DNA of 64,000 nucleotides from an uncultured Chloroflexia bacterium (GTDB lineage Bacteria; Chloroflexota; Anaerolineae; CG2-30-64-16). The notes below the pieces were generated by a model. It searched no databases, had not been told where the DNA came from, and was given only the letters and a program-made list of their open reading frames with translations. Positions 11,337-21,700 of the stretch are shown one piece after another; within the stretch, counting starts at the first letter, position 1; each line of letters begins with the position of its first letter. Position numbers and translations under genes: made by a program. The DNA lies in NCBI GenBank assembly GCA_963810095.1, contig CAWEMM010000006.1:1824001-1888000 (forward strand). Direction: 5' to 3'.

Positions 11337-11798
11337 ATGGCAGATCAAACCCTTACTTGCACGGATTGCGGCACGCAGTTCACCTTCACCGAAAGCGAAC
11401 AAGAATTCTACCGGTCCAAGGGCTTCAGCACCCCGGGCCGCTGTCCGTCGTGCCGCGCCGCTCGCAAGGCCGCGCGCAATGCGGGTGGTGGTGGTTACAG
11501 CAGTGGGAGCAGCTACGGTGGCGGTTCAAGCTACGGCGGCGAACGGCAGATGTATCCGGCCGTTTGCGCGAGCTGTGGTAAGCAGACAGAAGTTCCGTTC
11601 CAACCTCGCGGCGATCGCCCGGTCTATTGCTCTGACTGCTTCCGCAGCCAGGGTGGTGGCAGCGGCCGCTCGAGCGGCGGTGGCTACGGTGGCGGCGGCC
11701 GCTCCAGCGGAGGCGGCGGCTACGGTGGTGGCGGCGGCTACGGTGGTGGCGGCAGCCGCTCCAGCGGCGGGCGCTCCGATCGCGGCGGGCGCTACTAA
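11337..11798 (+). CDS. Zinc-ribbon / CxxC-x17-CxxC domain protein with Gly-rich tail
   Basis: CTDCG...FTESEQEFY...RCPSCR, then CASCG...VPFQPRGDRPVYCSDCF, then GGGYG/RSSGG repeats. Confidence 0.9.
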   Translation: MADQTLTCTDCGTQFTFTESEQEFYRSKGFSTPGRCPSCRAARKAARNAGGGGYSSGSSYGGGSSYGGERQMYPAVCASCGKQTEVPFQPRGDRPVYCSDCFRSQGGGSGRSSGGGYGGGGRSSGGGGYGGGGGYGGGGSRSSGGRSDRGGRY

Positions 11799-11817
11799 AT
11801 CATAGGCTAGCCGAACT

Positions 11818-11850
11818 GGCCTCTCAGGGTTTTGGCCCTGAGAGGCTTTT
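11818..11850 (+). terminator. Intrinsic terminator / family A hairpin
   Basis: ggcctctcagggtt-tt-ggccctgagaggct followed by ttt, directly after the stop codon. Confidence 0.7.
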
Positions 11851-12036
11851 CATTATCCCCCTTGTGCCTTATCCTCATATTTCTTGCTTTTGCCCTCTCC
11901 TTCACAAGCCGCAAGAGAAATGAGAGGCGAATCCGTGATGCAGACACCAGACAGGGCCGCCTGGCCCAGCTAGACTGGGGATGCAACCCGCGCACAGCTT
12001 CTGCGCGGCGAAATCACCCCAGCAAGGAGTCGATCT

Positions 12037-12465
12037 ATGCCTGCACGCACAGCCAATGCCGTTTGGGAAGGTGACTTGCGCGGTGGCCGCGGCCGGATGA
12101 AGTTCGGGGGCGGAGCCTGGGAAGGCCAGTACTCGTTTTCCTCCCGCTTCGAGGAAGGCCCCGGCACCAATCCCGAGGAATTGATCGCGGCCGCACACGC
12201 CGGCTGTTTTTCAATGGCTTTCTCGAGCAACCTGGCGAAAGCCGGCTTCCCGCCCACCAAGGTTGAGACGACGGCGAAGGTCTACCTGGAGAAAGTTGGC
12301 GACGGGTTCTCGATCACCCGCATTAACCTGGACACGGTCGGCCAGGTGCCGGGTATCTCGGAGCCCCAGTTCTTGGAGATCGCCGAGGCCGCAAAGAAGG
12401 GCTGCCCGGTGTCGCGCCTGCTCACGGGCGCCGAAATCACCTTGAACGCACGGCTCGAGAAGTGA
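12037..12465 (+). CDS. osmC: OsmC family peroxiredoxin
   Basis: YSFSSRFEEGPGTNPEELIAAAHAGCFSMA...AKKGCPVSR; aaggag RBS. Confidence 0.95.
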   Translation: MPARTANAVWEGDLRGGRGRMKFGGGAWEGQYSFSSRFEEGPGTNPEELIAAAHAGCFSMAFSSNLAKAGFPPTKVETTAKVYLEKVGDGFSITRINLDTVGQVPGISEPQFLEIAEAAKKGCPVSRLLTGAEITLNARLEK

Positions 12466-12477
12466 GCTAGAACCTAC

Positions 12478-12563
12478 ATTGAGCTGATCTGCCCAGCCGT
12501 GGCATAGGCGGTCGCCGGGCCGGCCCGATTTCTGAGCGGGGCCGTCGGGCGGATCAGCTCAAT
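12478..12563. repeat. 17-bp terminal inverted repeat enclosing a smaller hairpin
   Basis: attgagctgatctgccc ... gggcggatcagctcaat, with an internal ggcccg/cgggcc stem. Confidence 0.55.
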
Positions 12564-12693
12564 CCTGCCGCTTGGTCATCACCCCCACTCGTAAACCCTC
12601 GCGGTATGGCGTATCTTTTTTCTCCCTGACGCATCAAAGCGGATTGCGCTGGTGGATGCTGGTCGTATCTGTGCGTTGGAGTTTGGAAGAGCG

Positions 12694-13830
12694 ATGCTGT
12701 TACGCGTTTTATCATTCAATACCTGGGGTGTTCCCGTTTTTTCCCGCGACAGGGCCGCAAGGATGCGGGCTATTGGCCGCGCCATAGGCGAAATGGACGT
12801 CGACATCGTGGGGCTGCAGGAGGTCTTTTACGGCAAGGACCGCCGTTTGCTCGTCGAGGCGGCGGCGCGCGCCGGTCTGACCTACAGCCACTACTTCGCG
12901 TCGGGCGTTATGGGCAGCGGGCTGCTGACCCTCTCGCGCTATCCCATCGTGGACGAGACGTTTCTGCGATTTCGTCTGAACGGCCGGCCCCAAGATCTCG
13001 TACGGGTGGACTACTACGCCGGGAAGGGTGTGGGCCGAGTGCGCGTGATGTCGCCCGCAGGTCCGGTCGACATCTACAATGCCCATCTCATTGCACCCTA
13101 CCTGGAGTTTGGCCCGGATCGCTTCACTGCCCACCGGGTGGCCCAGGCAGTGGAGATCGGCCGGTACATGGGCGAGCAGTCGCAGGATGTGCCCTCGGTG
13201 TTGGTGGGCGACCTGAACTGCTCGCCGGAAGACACCACTTATCGTGCGGTAATATCGGCCGGCGGGCTAGTCGAAGCATGCGGCCCGTTAAGCCCGGGCT
13301 CGCCCGAAGCGGTGGCCGCGGAGCGCAACGGCTACGCCTCGATCCATCCCCCGGATCATTTTGACTACGTGTTCGGCCGGTCGGCCGGCCGCTCGCACCT
13401 CACTGCCTGCAGCTCACGTTTCGTGCTGGGAGGTGCGCCGGACCCCAATCCGGACCGCTTGCTCGGTTACTCGGACCACTACGGCGTGCTGGCCGAGTTC
13501 GACCTCGTCCTGTCAGCCCAGCCACTCGGGACCGGCCAGGTTCCCGCGACGCCGTTAAGGTCGGTTGTTGAAGCGCCGTTTCACCATGGCATCAGCGGCA
13601 ACCGGCGGCACCGGCGCAAGGCCGGGCTGATGGCCGCCGCGGCCAGCTTGAGTTCCGCCGCGCTGGTGAGTGGGAGTCGGGGGAGAAACCTGGGTCCTGC
13701 CGGCCGGCTGATCACGGCTGCGTTGGTGGCGGGCTTGCTCGTCACCGGCGGCGTCAATCTGTCGACCGCAGCCCGGCTCGACACGGAGACGCGCACGCTT
13801 GCGGCCATGCTCGAGGAAGAACGATCGTAA
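12694..13830 (+). CDS. EEP-family phosphodiesterase resembling neutral sphingomyelinase SMPD2/Isc1
   Basis: SFNTWG, GLQEVF, SGVMGSGLLTLSRYPI, DYYAGKGVG, NAHL, HRVAQA, GDLN and SDHYGV motifs, plus two C-terminal hydrophobic segments. Confidence 0.8.
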   Translation: MLLRVLSFNTWGVPVFSRDRAARMRAIGRAIGEMDVDIVGLQEVFYGKDRRLLVEAAARAGLTYSHYFASGVMGSGLLTLSRYPIVDETFLRFRLNGRPQDLVRVDYYAGKGVGRVRVMSPAGPVDIYNAHLIAPYLEFGPDRFTAHRVAQAVEIGRYMGEQSQDVPSVLVGDLNCSPEDTTYRAVISAGGLVEACGPLSPGSPEAVAAERNGYASIHPPDHFDYVFGRSAGRSHLTACSSRFVLGGAPDPNPDRLLGYSDHYGVLAEFDLVLSAQPLGTGQVPATPLRSVVEAPFHHGISGNRRHRRKAGLMAAAASLSSAALVSGSRGRNLGPAGRLITAALVAGLLVTGGVNLSTAARLDTETRTLAAMLEEERS

Positions 13831-14074
13831 CGGCGCCGCCCGAAGAAGCCGTGAAGCAATGTGTGCTTGAAGGGCTTCTACGGTTTGGAATCGATCCGAA
13901 AATGCTCTGGCCGAGACCTGCCCCAGCTAATTCTCGGATAGAACCTAGGGTCACGCGCCCATCCAGAGGTCGCACTGCGCCGGCCGGGATAGGGCGAAGA
14001 AGGGTCCGGGGCGAATAACCTCGGGCCCTTCGCATTGGTGGCATAGAAGTCGACTTCTGAACGATTTCTGAACG

Positions 14075-14094
14075 TTCCTTGTGATACGTTGTCG
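14075..14094 (+). promoter_or_regulatory. Direct-repeat operator candidate
   Basis: TTCTGAACG at 14075 and 14086 (11-bp period) upstream of the SnoaL-like gene. Confidence 0.4.
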
Positions 14095-14133
14095 TCCGAC
14101 GAGCCACAGGTTAGCCGGACAAGGAGGGTTAAG

Positions 14134-14508
14134 ATGTCGATCGGAGATGCTAAGGCGTTGGTGATGGAATACCTGGACGAGCTTAGCGGGACGACCAAGC
14201 CCGCCGAAATTGTGGACAGGTATGTAGCCGACACGGACGCGGAGCTGAAGCAGCACATTCGCGACGCGGAGTCAGCTTTTCCTTGTTATGAGATGCTGCG
14301 CGAGGCGGTTATTGCCGACGGGGATATCGTGGCCATACGCTTCAGGATGCAAGCAAAGCACGCCGCGACGGGCACGTCAGTCGACGTACCAGGCCAGATT
14401 TGGTATCGGGTGCAAGACGGCAAGATTGCTCAGCACTGGATCGTCATGGACAATGCGATACTGATGCAACAGCTTGGCGCCGTACAGCCGGCAGCAGCCC
14501 AGGCGTGA
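14134..14508 (+). CDS. SnoaL-like / ester cyclase (NTF2 fold) protein
   Basis: SAFP...IADGDIVAIR...YRVQDGKIAQHWIVMDNAILMQQLG; aaggagg RBS. Confidence 0.8.
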   Translation: MSIGDAKALVMEYLDELSGTTKPAEIVDRYVADTDAELKQHIRDAESAFPCYEMLREAVIADGDIVAIRFRMQAKHAATGTSVDVPGQIWYRVQDGKIAQHWIVMDNAILMQQLGAVQPAAAQA

Positions 14509-14562
14509 GACTAAAGGAGGCAGGAACGGTCGTGACCATTCCTGCCTCCTCCCTGTTTTTCC

Positions 14563-15900
14563 CTATAGCAGCAGCCGCATCGGCTCTTCAAGCGCCTTCT
14601 TGACTGCCTGCATGAAGCGGGCCGCTTCGGCCCCGTCGGTCACGCGGTGGTCGGCCGAGAGGGTCGCCTTCATGCGCTGCCCCACGACGATCTGGCCCTC
14701 TGCGTTCACCACGGGCGTCTTCTGCACCGCACCCACCGCAAGGATGGCCGCCTGGGGCGGATTGATAATTGCGATGAAGTCGTCGACTTCGAACATGCCC
14801 AGGTTGCTGATGGTGAACGTGCCGCCCACCATTTCGTCAGGCTTCATCCGGCCTTCCCGCGCCCGGCTCACGAGGTCGCGCGTTTCGCGCGCGATCTGCG
14901 CCAGCGACTTCTTGTCCACGTCACGCACGACGGCGGTGACCAGGCCGTTCTCCCGCGCCACTGCATGCCCGACGTTGACCTGGTTCTGCACGCGAGTCCC
15001 TTCGGGCGACCAGGCGGCGTTGATCCTGGGGAACTGGCGCAGCGCCACCGCACAGGCCTTCTGGACAAGATCGTTGACCGAAATCTTGTCCGTCTCGGGC
15101 ACCAGAGCGTTGAGCTGGGTCCGCAGGGCCATGGCTGCGCCCATGTCGATATCCATCGTGACATAGAAATGCGGAACCGTCTGCTTGCTCTCCGTCATCC
15201 GCTTGCCGATGGTCTGGCGGATGCCGCTGAAGGGCTCGACCGTATACTCGGCCCCGGTCGGCTCATAGGACGGCGTGGGCATGGGTGGGGGCGCAGCGGC
15301 AGCCTTGGGCGCCCGGTCGCGCTCCTGGATGTGGGTCTCGATGTCGCGCTTGATGATGCGCCCCATCGGACCGCTGCCCTTGACCTGGCGCAGGTCGATG
15401 CCCAGCTCGCCCGCCATGCGCATCGCCACGGGCGACGCCAGCAGGCGGCCGTCTTCCGGCGCAGCGGGCTCGGAGGGTGCGGGCGCTGCCGCAGGCGGGG
15501 CCGTGGGTGCGGTGGCAGCCGCACCGGTTGCCGGCGAGGATTTCTCCTGTTGAGCGGGCACGGGCTCTGCGGCCGGAGCCGTGGGTGCCGGGGCAGGCGC
15601 TTGTCCGCCGGCCGCCCCGCCCTGGCCCTCGACGCCGAGCGCCTTCGGATCGTACTTCTCGCCGGCCTCGCCAACGACGGCGACCGGGGTGCCAATGGGC
15701 ACAGACTCGCCGGCCTGCACCAGGATGTCGAGGAGCACGCCGCCGCGGAAAGCCGGCACTTCGACCGTCGCCTTGTCGGTTTCAACCAGCAGGATGGTCT
15801 CGCCCTGGGTCATCGGCTCGCCGGGCTTTTTCAGCCACTCGCTCAGCTTACCTTCGGCCATATCGAAGCCGAGCTTGGGCATGGTAATCAATTCAGCCAT
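14563..15900 (-). CDS. pdhC: Pyruvate dehydrogenase E2, dihydrolipoamide acetyltransferase
   Basis: Lipoyl VETDKATVEV, E3-binding ASPVA..GSGPMGRIIKRD, and catalytic SADHRVTDGA. Confidence 0.95.
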   Translation of the reverse strand: MAELITMPKLGFDMAEGKLSEWLKKPGEPMTQGETILLVETDKATVEVPAFRGGVLLDILVQAGESVPIGTPVAVVGEAGEKYDPKALGVEGQGGAAGGQAPAPAPTAPAAEPVPAQQEKSSPATGAAATAPTAPPAAAPAPSEPAAPEDGRLLASPVAMRMAGELGIDLRQVKGSGPMGRIIKRDIETHIQERDRAPKAAAAPPPMPTPSYEPTGAEYTVEPFSGIRQTIGKRMTESKQTVPHFYVTMDIDMGAAMALRTQLNALVPETDKISVNDLVQKACAVALRQFPRINAAWSPEGTRVQNQVNVGHAVARENGLVTAVVRDVDKKSLAQIARETRDLVSRAREGRMKPDEMVGGTFTISNLGMFEVDDFIAIINPPQAAILAVGAVQKTPVVNAEGQIVVGQRMKATLSADHRVTDGAEAARFMQAVKKALEEPMRLLL

Positions 15901-15920
15901 AACTTCCCCCTCTGACGAGG

Positions 15921-15966
15921 TCTTTGTGTGGTGCGAGGCGCGTCAGCGCCTCGCACCACACAAAGA
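15921..15966. repeat. Perfect 21-bp-stem palindrome between pdhB and pdhC
   Basis: tctttgtgtggtgcgaggcgc-gtca-gcgcctcgcaccacacaaaga. Confidence 0.75.
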
Positions 15967-16950
15967 TTACTTCAGATACATCACGTCCTTCACGGCGTTG
16001 ATAATGTCTTCGGTTTGCGGCAGGGCCGATTGTTCGAGGCGCCGGTTGTAGGGCAGCGGTACCTCGGCCTGGGCCACCCGGCGGATCGGCGCATCCAGGT
16101 AGTCGAATGCCAGCTCGGTCACCCGGGTCGAGATCTCCGAGCCGATGCCGTAGGAGCGCCACCCCTCTTCGACCATAACCATCCGGTTGGTCTTCTTGAC
16201 CGATTCGACGACGGGCCGGGTGTCGAGCGGGCGCAGCGTGCGCAGGTCGATCACCTCCGCGCTGATGCCCTCCTTGGCAAGCCTGTCGGCCGCCTCCAGC
16301 GACAACTGCAGGCCCTTGGAGTAGGACACGATGGTCACGTCCTTGCCCTCGCGCTTGACGTCCGACTCGCCAATGGGGATGATGAAGTCCTCGTCGTCGG
16401 GCACCTCGCCCTTAGCCTGGTAGAGGGTCGCATGTTCGATGAAGAGCACGGGGTCGTCTTCCCGGATGGCGGCCTTGAGCAGCCCCTTGGCGTCTGCCGC
16501 CGTACCCGGCGAAACCACCTTCAGGCCGGGAAAGTGTGCGAACACGGAGTCGGGGGTCTGCGAGTGCGTCGCGCCCAGCTGCCGGCCGCCGCCGCCCACC
16601 GTGCGGATCACGAGCGGTACGCGGATCTGACCGTTGAACATGTAGTGGATTTTCGCGGCGTGGTTGACGATCTGGTCCATGGCCAGGAATGCAAAGTTGA
16701 TCGTCATGATCTCGGCCACCGGGCGCAGGCCGGCCATGGCCGCGCCGACCGCCGCGCCGACAATCACGCCCTCCGCAATGGGAGTGTCACGCACGCGCTT
16801 TTCGCCGAACTCGTCCAGGAAGCCACGGGTGACTGCGTACGTGCCGCCCCACTTCCCGATTTCCTCGCCCATAAGGAACACCCGCTCGTCGCGGTACATC
16901 TCTTCGCGCAGCGCCTGGCTGATGGCCTCGCGAACTGTCATTCTAGCCAT
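15967..16950 (-). CDS. pdhB: Pyruvate dehydrogenase E1 beta subunit
   Basis: RVRDTPIAE, GLRPVAEIMTINFAFLAMDQIVNHAAK, THSQ, IDLRTLRPLD. Confidence 0.95.
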   Translation of the reverse strand: MARMTVREAISQALREEMYRDERVFLMGEEIGKWGGTYAVTRGFLDEFGEKRVRDTPIAEGVIVGAAVGAAMAGLRPVAEIMTINFAFLAMDQIVNHAAKIHYMFNGQIRVPLVIRTVGGGGRQLGATHSQTPDSVFAHFPGLKVVSPGTAADAKGLLKAAIREDDPVLFIEHATLYQAKGEVPDDEDFIIPIGESDVKREGKDVTIVSYSKGLQLSLEAADRLAKEGISAEVIDLRTLRPLDTRPVVESVKKTNRMVMVEEGWRSYGIGSEISTRVTELAFDYLDAPIRRVAQAEVPLPYNRRLEQSALPQTEDIINAVKDVMYLK

Positions 16951-16963
16951 GAATTACTCCCCT

Positions 16964-16996
16964 AGAAACCTGGTTTCTGCCAGAAACCAGGTTTCT
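16964..16996. repeat. Palindromic repeat family B (AGAAACCwGGTTTCT doublet)
   Basis: agaaacctggtttct-gcc-agaaaccaggtttct. Near-identical copy at 52757, degenerate copy at 47726. Confidence 0.85.
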
Positions 16997-17002
16997 CAAT
17001 AA

Positions 17003-17984
17003 CTAGCGGTGCGGAATCGAATTGACGTAGACGTCCTTGCAGAGGACTTCGTCGCCCGGCTCCGGGCTGTCCTCGGCGAACTGGACGATTTCCTTGAGTT
17101 CAGGCTCGACTGACTGGGCGATTTCCTGCGCGTCCTGCTCGGTCATCATGCCCTTCTCGACCAGTCTATCCTGCAGGCGCAGGATCGGATCGCGCAGCCG
17201 CCATTCCTCGATCTCGGCCTTGGTGCGGTAGCGCTCGGGGTCGCCCATCGAGTGGCCCACGTAACGGTAGGTCACTGCCTCGAGCAGCACTGGCCCGGTC
17301 TTGCGCGCATATTCCAGCGCCTCGTCTAGCGTTTCGTAGACCTCGAAAATATCCTGGCCGTTGAACTGCTTGTTCGGGATATCGTACGCGCAGCCCTTCT
17401 GGAAGATATCCGTGACGGCCGAGGCGCGCCCGACTTCGGTTCCCATACCGTACTGGTTGTTCTCGACGAGAAAAACGACGGGCAGTTTCCAGACCGCCGC
17501 GAGGTTAACCGACTCGTGGAAATAACCGATGTTCGTGGTGCCTTCGCCCAGCACACAGAGGACTGCGGCATCCTGCTCGTTGTAGCGCACTGCCAGGCCA
17601 ACGCCCGTGGCAAGTGGCAGGTGGCCGCCGACGATGGCGTGGCCGCCCCAGTAGTGCCGGTCGGCGCTGGCCAAGTGCATCGAGCCGCCCTTGCCGCCCG
17701 ACACGCCGGTCGCCTTGCCCAACAGTTCCGCCATCACGGCCTTGGGGTCGAGCCCGCGGGCGATGCCCCAGCCGTGATCGCGATAGGCGGTCAGGAGGTG
17801 ATCGCCGTCGCGCAGCGCCTGGCACGCGCCCGTTCGCGATCGCCTCTTCGCCGATATACAGGTGCAGGAACCCGCCGATCTTGCCTTCGGCATATAATTC
17901 CGCTGACTTCTCTTCGAACCGCCGGATCAGAATCATCTCCCGGTACAGTCGGAGAAGCTCCTCTTTGGATAGCTCTTTGGCCAC
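17003..17984 (-). CDS. pdhA: Pyruvate dehydrogenase E1 alpha subunit, frameshifted near 17835
   Basis: MILIRRFEE...[14 protein letters not shown] (ORF 17505..18017) joins [22 protein letters not shown] and [11 protein letters not shown] (ORF 17003..17893). Confidence 0.95.
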
Positions 17985-18295
17985 CGATGAACCTCCTTGC
18001 GCGCATGTGCCGCCCAAACGGCACGCTAATTATGCCAGAAGAAGCCGTGGTTTCTTAATCGCATCCGGCTAATGATAGTCGCGCCCGAAGTGCCGTGATG
18101 TTGTGCGGCATACGTTGCCCCAAGCTGCCCGTGGGCGCTTTCCGGGCAGGGATTCACACGAGCGCGACGGGCCGACGTCAATCGCGCCGGGGCCTTCCGC
18201 AGCGCGGTTGGGTCGATTGTGGCGATAAGGATTTGTCCGGGCCCGGCGGCTCATGCAGGGGGCGGAAGGGTCACGTCCAACCCCACCGGCCGGAT

Positions 18296-18727
18296 TCACG
18301 TGCCCCAGATAATCGCCGGATCGTCGACGGAGCGGAGCAAGAAGTACTTGAAGTTACCCGTGCTGGCTCTCACGTCGTTGAGCGGGCCCCCGCCCTCTTC
18401 GAGCTTAATCCAGGCGCTGCCGTTCCACCAGGCGAAGGCAAGATCCTTCGCGCTCTTGCCGCGACGACTGGCTCGGTCCAAGTCGGCGGCCGTATAGCGC
18501 ACCTGGACCTGGACGGCCGGATCAAAGTCGAAGTGAGTCCTGGAGGGGTCGTCGGGGTCCATGAACTTAAGATTACCGATGTACCTCAGCACCTGGATGT
18601 CGTCCTGAGTGGCCATCGCCGGCGCGAAGTTGGCCGGCGCGCCGATTTCGATGACCAGGTTTGCCGGAGCCAGGATCCACACGCCCACGGCGGGGAAGTC
18701 GTAATGCTGATACGGTTGCGGGTCCAT
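18296..18727 (-). CDS. Hypothetical beta-rich protein
   Basis: 143-aa ORF with aggagg RBS; FDPAVQVQVRYTAADL...LAFAWWNGSAWIKL...DDPAIIWG. Confidence 0.65.
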   Translation of the reverse strand: MDPQPYQHYDFPAVGVWILAPANLVIEIGAPANFAPAMATQDDIQVLRYIGNLKFMDPDDPSRTHFDFDPAVQVQVRYTAADLDRASRRGKSAKDLAFAWWNGSAWIKLEEGGGPLNDVRASTGNFKYFLLRSVDDPAIIWGT

Positions 18728-21700
18728 AACACGCCCTCCTTAATGTTCTGGCTGGATGTGGATGGAAGGATGCACGCGATGCCTTGCCCCTCAGGGCAGG
18801 GTCGATTTCGCGTATCCGCTCGACGAGCGCGCGATGCTCGGCGATATTCTCCATGAATGACCGGCGCCACTCGGGGTCGCCGATCTTGGCGGCCTGGTCG
18901 ACCAGCGCCAGGTAGCCTGCCCTGGCCGCCGCAGCCCCCAACTCCGTCTCCCCAAGCCTTTCGAAGGCCGCCGCGCAGGTCTCGTAGGCGAGCATGGGGA
19001 ATTCCATGCCCCCAAGCCCTTGCTGCAGGGTTGACCAGATCTCGTCCGTTCCCTCACGGACCTGATCCAGCAAGCCCTTGGCCATGCGGCATCGCACCAA
19101 CCCGGCAAGTGCATCCATGGCAGGGCCGCGTGCGCCGATTGCAGCCAGGAGATCATGCGCCTCCTGGAAGGCGGCCGCAGCTGCCGGCGCCTCGGCGCAT
19201 TGTTCGAGCACGAGGCCCAGGTAGTTCTTGCCCGAAGCGGCGGCGAAGGCGTCGCCTAGCGTAGCGAGTTCGGGCAAGATTTCCTCCAGAAGCTCGCGCG
19301 CCGTCGTCGCATCCCCCGTGCGCCCGCAGGCGAGCGCGAGGTTGAGTTGGGTGTAGAGCCGTTCGCGCCGAGCGCCGATGCGCTTGGTCAGAGCCAATGC
19401 GTCTTCAAGTGTCGCGCGTGCTTTTGCATAGTCGCCCAGCAGCAAGTAGTAATAGCCCAGGTTGCCCAGGCCCAGGCCCTCCCCAAAGAGATTGCCCATT
19501 TCGCGCATCACGCCGGCCTGGCGGGCCATCAGCTGCGCCGCCTGGACCAGGTCGCCTTCGGCCGCGTAATAGATGGAGATGTTGCTGAGGGTTCGCGCCA
19601 ACGTCATCGGCTGGCCCAGGCGGTCGGCGCACGCCAGCGCCTCGCCGACAATTGCGGCCGCCTCGGCCATGCGCCCCATGCGCGGCAGGTTAGACAGCTT
19701 CACCGAGAGTGCGTTGGCCCGCACCTTCAGGTTGCCGGCGCGCCCGGCCGCTGCGAGGGCCAGGTCCAGGGCCTCCATCGCCTCCCCGTACCGGCTAAGC
19801 ACCGCCAGGTAATGCCCGCGGCGGAACTGCGCTTCGGCCACCTTGTTGTCGTCGTCCATCTCCCAGGCCAGCGCAAGGAGCGCATCGTCGTCGACCTGCC
19901 GGGCGTCGGATTCGCCCAGCACGCCCAGCACCTCGTCGTGGCCTGCCAACGCCCGCCAGCGTTGCTCGAGATCGCCGGCCGGCAGCAGCCGGAGCCCGAT
20001 TTCGAACAACTCGCGGGCCTCGCCGTTCGCGCCCAGGTTCGCCGCGTGCTCGCCCGCCCGGATATACCAGGCTGCAGCCACCCGGTCCTGGCCGGCCTGG
20101 TGATAGTGTCCTGCGATCTGCGCCAGGTATTCGTTCAGACGCTCGCCGGCCCGGGCCTCTAGCCAGCGAGCGACCTGCGCATGGCACTCGCGGCGCACAT
20201 GCAACAGTACGCTCTCATAGGTGACTTCGCGCAGAATGGCGTGCTCGAACGTGTACTCGGTTGCACCGGCAAACGCCGAGCGCTCCCGGCGGTAGATCAG
20301 CTCACGCGACCGGAGGGCCGCGAGGGGCGGCGCCACGTCGGGCACTTCGGGCACGAGGTCGGCCACCAGCGTGTCCCAGAACTGCTTGCCGATGACCGAG
20401 GCGCGCTGCAGGACCAGCCGTTCGGCCGCCGGCAGCGCATCCAGGCGGGCCTGCAGCACCGCGGTCAGGGTGGGAGGCAGACGTGCGTCGCGCAACTTCT
20501 CGGGATTGATGCGCCACTCGTCGACGCCGGTTTCGATCGCGCCGTCTTCGATGAGCACCTTGACAAGCTCTTCGAGGAAAAATGGGTTACCGTCGGCCCC
20601 GTCCACGAGCCTTTCGACCAGATGCCTGGGGACCTGGGGCACGCGGCGGAGGATTTCGCCGGCGAGCGCCCGGCTGCTACGGCGTGAGAGCGGGCGCAAT
20701 TCGAGGCGGAGGTGGGTTTCCTGGCCTTCGCCCCAGTTGGGCCGGCGCTGGAGGAAGTCGGGGCGGGCCGCGGCAACCATCAGCAGGCGCGCTTGCCCGT
20801 CCTCGCCGGTCAGGCTCGCGATCAAGTCGAGCGAGGCGTCGTCGGCCCAGTGCAGGTCTTCCAGCAGCACGACGACCGGGCCCTCCTGGCCGGCCTGCAG
20901 CGTTTGGTCGCCCACGGGCGCGCCGTCGCGGCCCAGTCCCCACAAGGTCTGCAGGGCCTGGCGCAAGGCGCCCGCCGCGATCTGGCGGAACGCGGGACTG
21001 CCCAAGAGCCCCCGCACCGCCGGGCTTGCCGAAAAGTCGAAGCCGGCCAGGTGGCCTGCGAGATCGGCTTGCTCGGGCGCCAGAATGCCCGAGAGCGCCT
21101 GCCGGAACCGTGCAAGCGCATCGGCTGCGCTGTCGCTGTCCTGGATGCGGAACCGGCGGGCGAACAGGTCGCGCAGGAGCGCGTACGGGGTGGCTTGGGT
21201 CGAGCGCGTGGCCCGCCCGCGCCAGTAGTACTGGTATTCGGGACGCAGGTCGACCCAGGCGGTGAATTCGTCCAGCAGGCGGCTCTTGCCCAGGCCGGCC
21301 TCGCCCAGCACGGTGACGATGCGCGCCTGGCCCCCCTCGCTGGCGTCGAGATAGGCGTTCTGCAGAGTGGCCATCTCGGCATCCCGGCCGACCATGGGCG
21401 TAGTGACGCCCTCGATGCCGCGGTTGCGCACCGGGAAGGCGAGCGGCTTTGCGCGTACGACGAGGTAGGTTTGCAGGGGTTCGGAATGGCCCTTGACCCT
21501 CATCAGGGGTTGTGGCACGAAATCGAAGCGCCCCCGCACCTGGCGATACGTGTCCTGGGTGATGAGGACGCCGCCGGGGGGTGCGGCAGTCTGCATGCGC
21601 GCCGCGAGGTTCACCGCCTCGCCCATCGCCGTATACTCGGCGCGCTCGTCGCTGCCCACGGCGCCGACGACGACCAATCCCGTGTTGATACCGACCCGCA

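Noticed and set aside
11650-11790. GGC/GGT tandem repeats
   Set aside because: They encode the Gly-rich tail of the zinc-ribbon protein.
14647-16965. Long antisense ORFs (for example 14647..15915, 15928..16965, and 57757..59259)
   Set aside because: They are shadow ORFs typical of high-GC DNA opposite well-supported genes and have no recognisable motifs.
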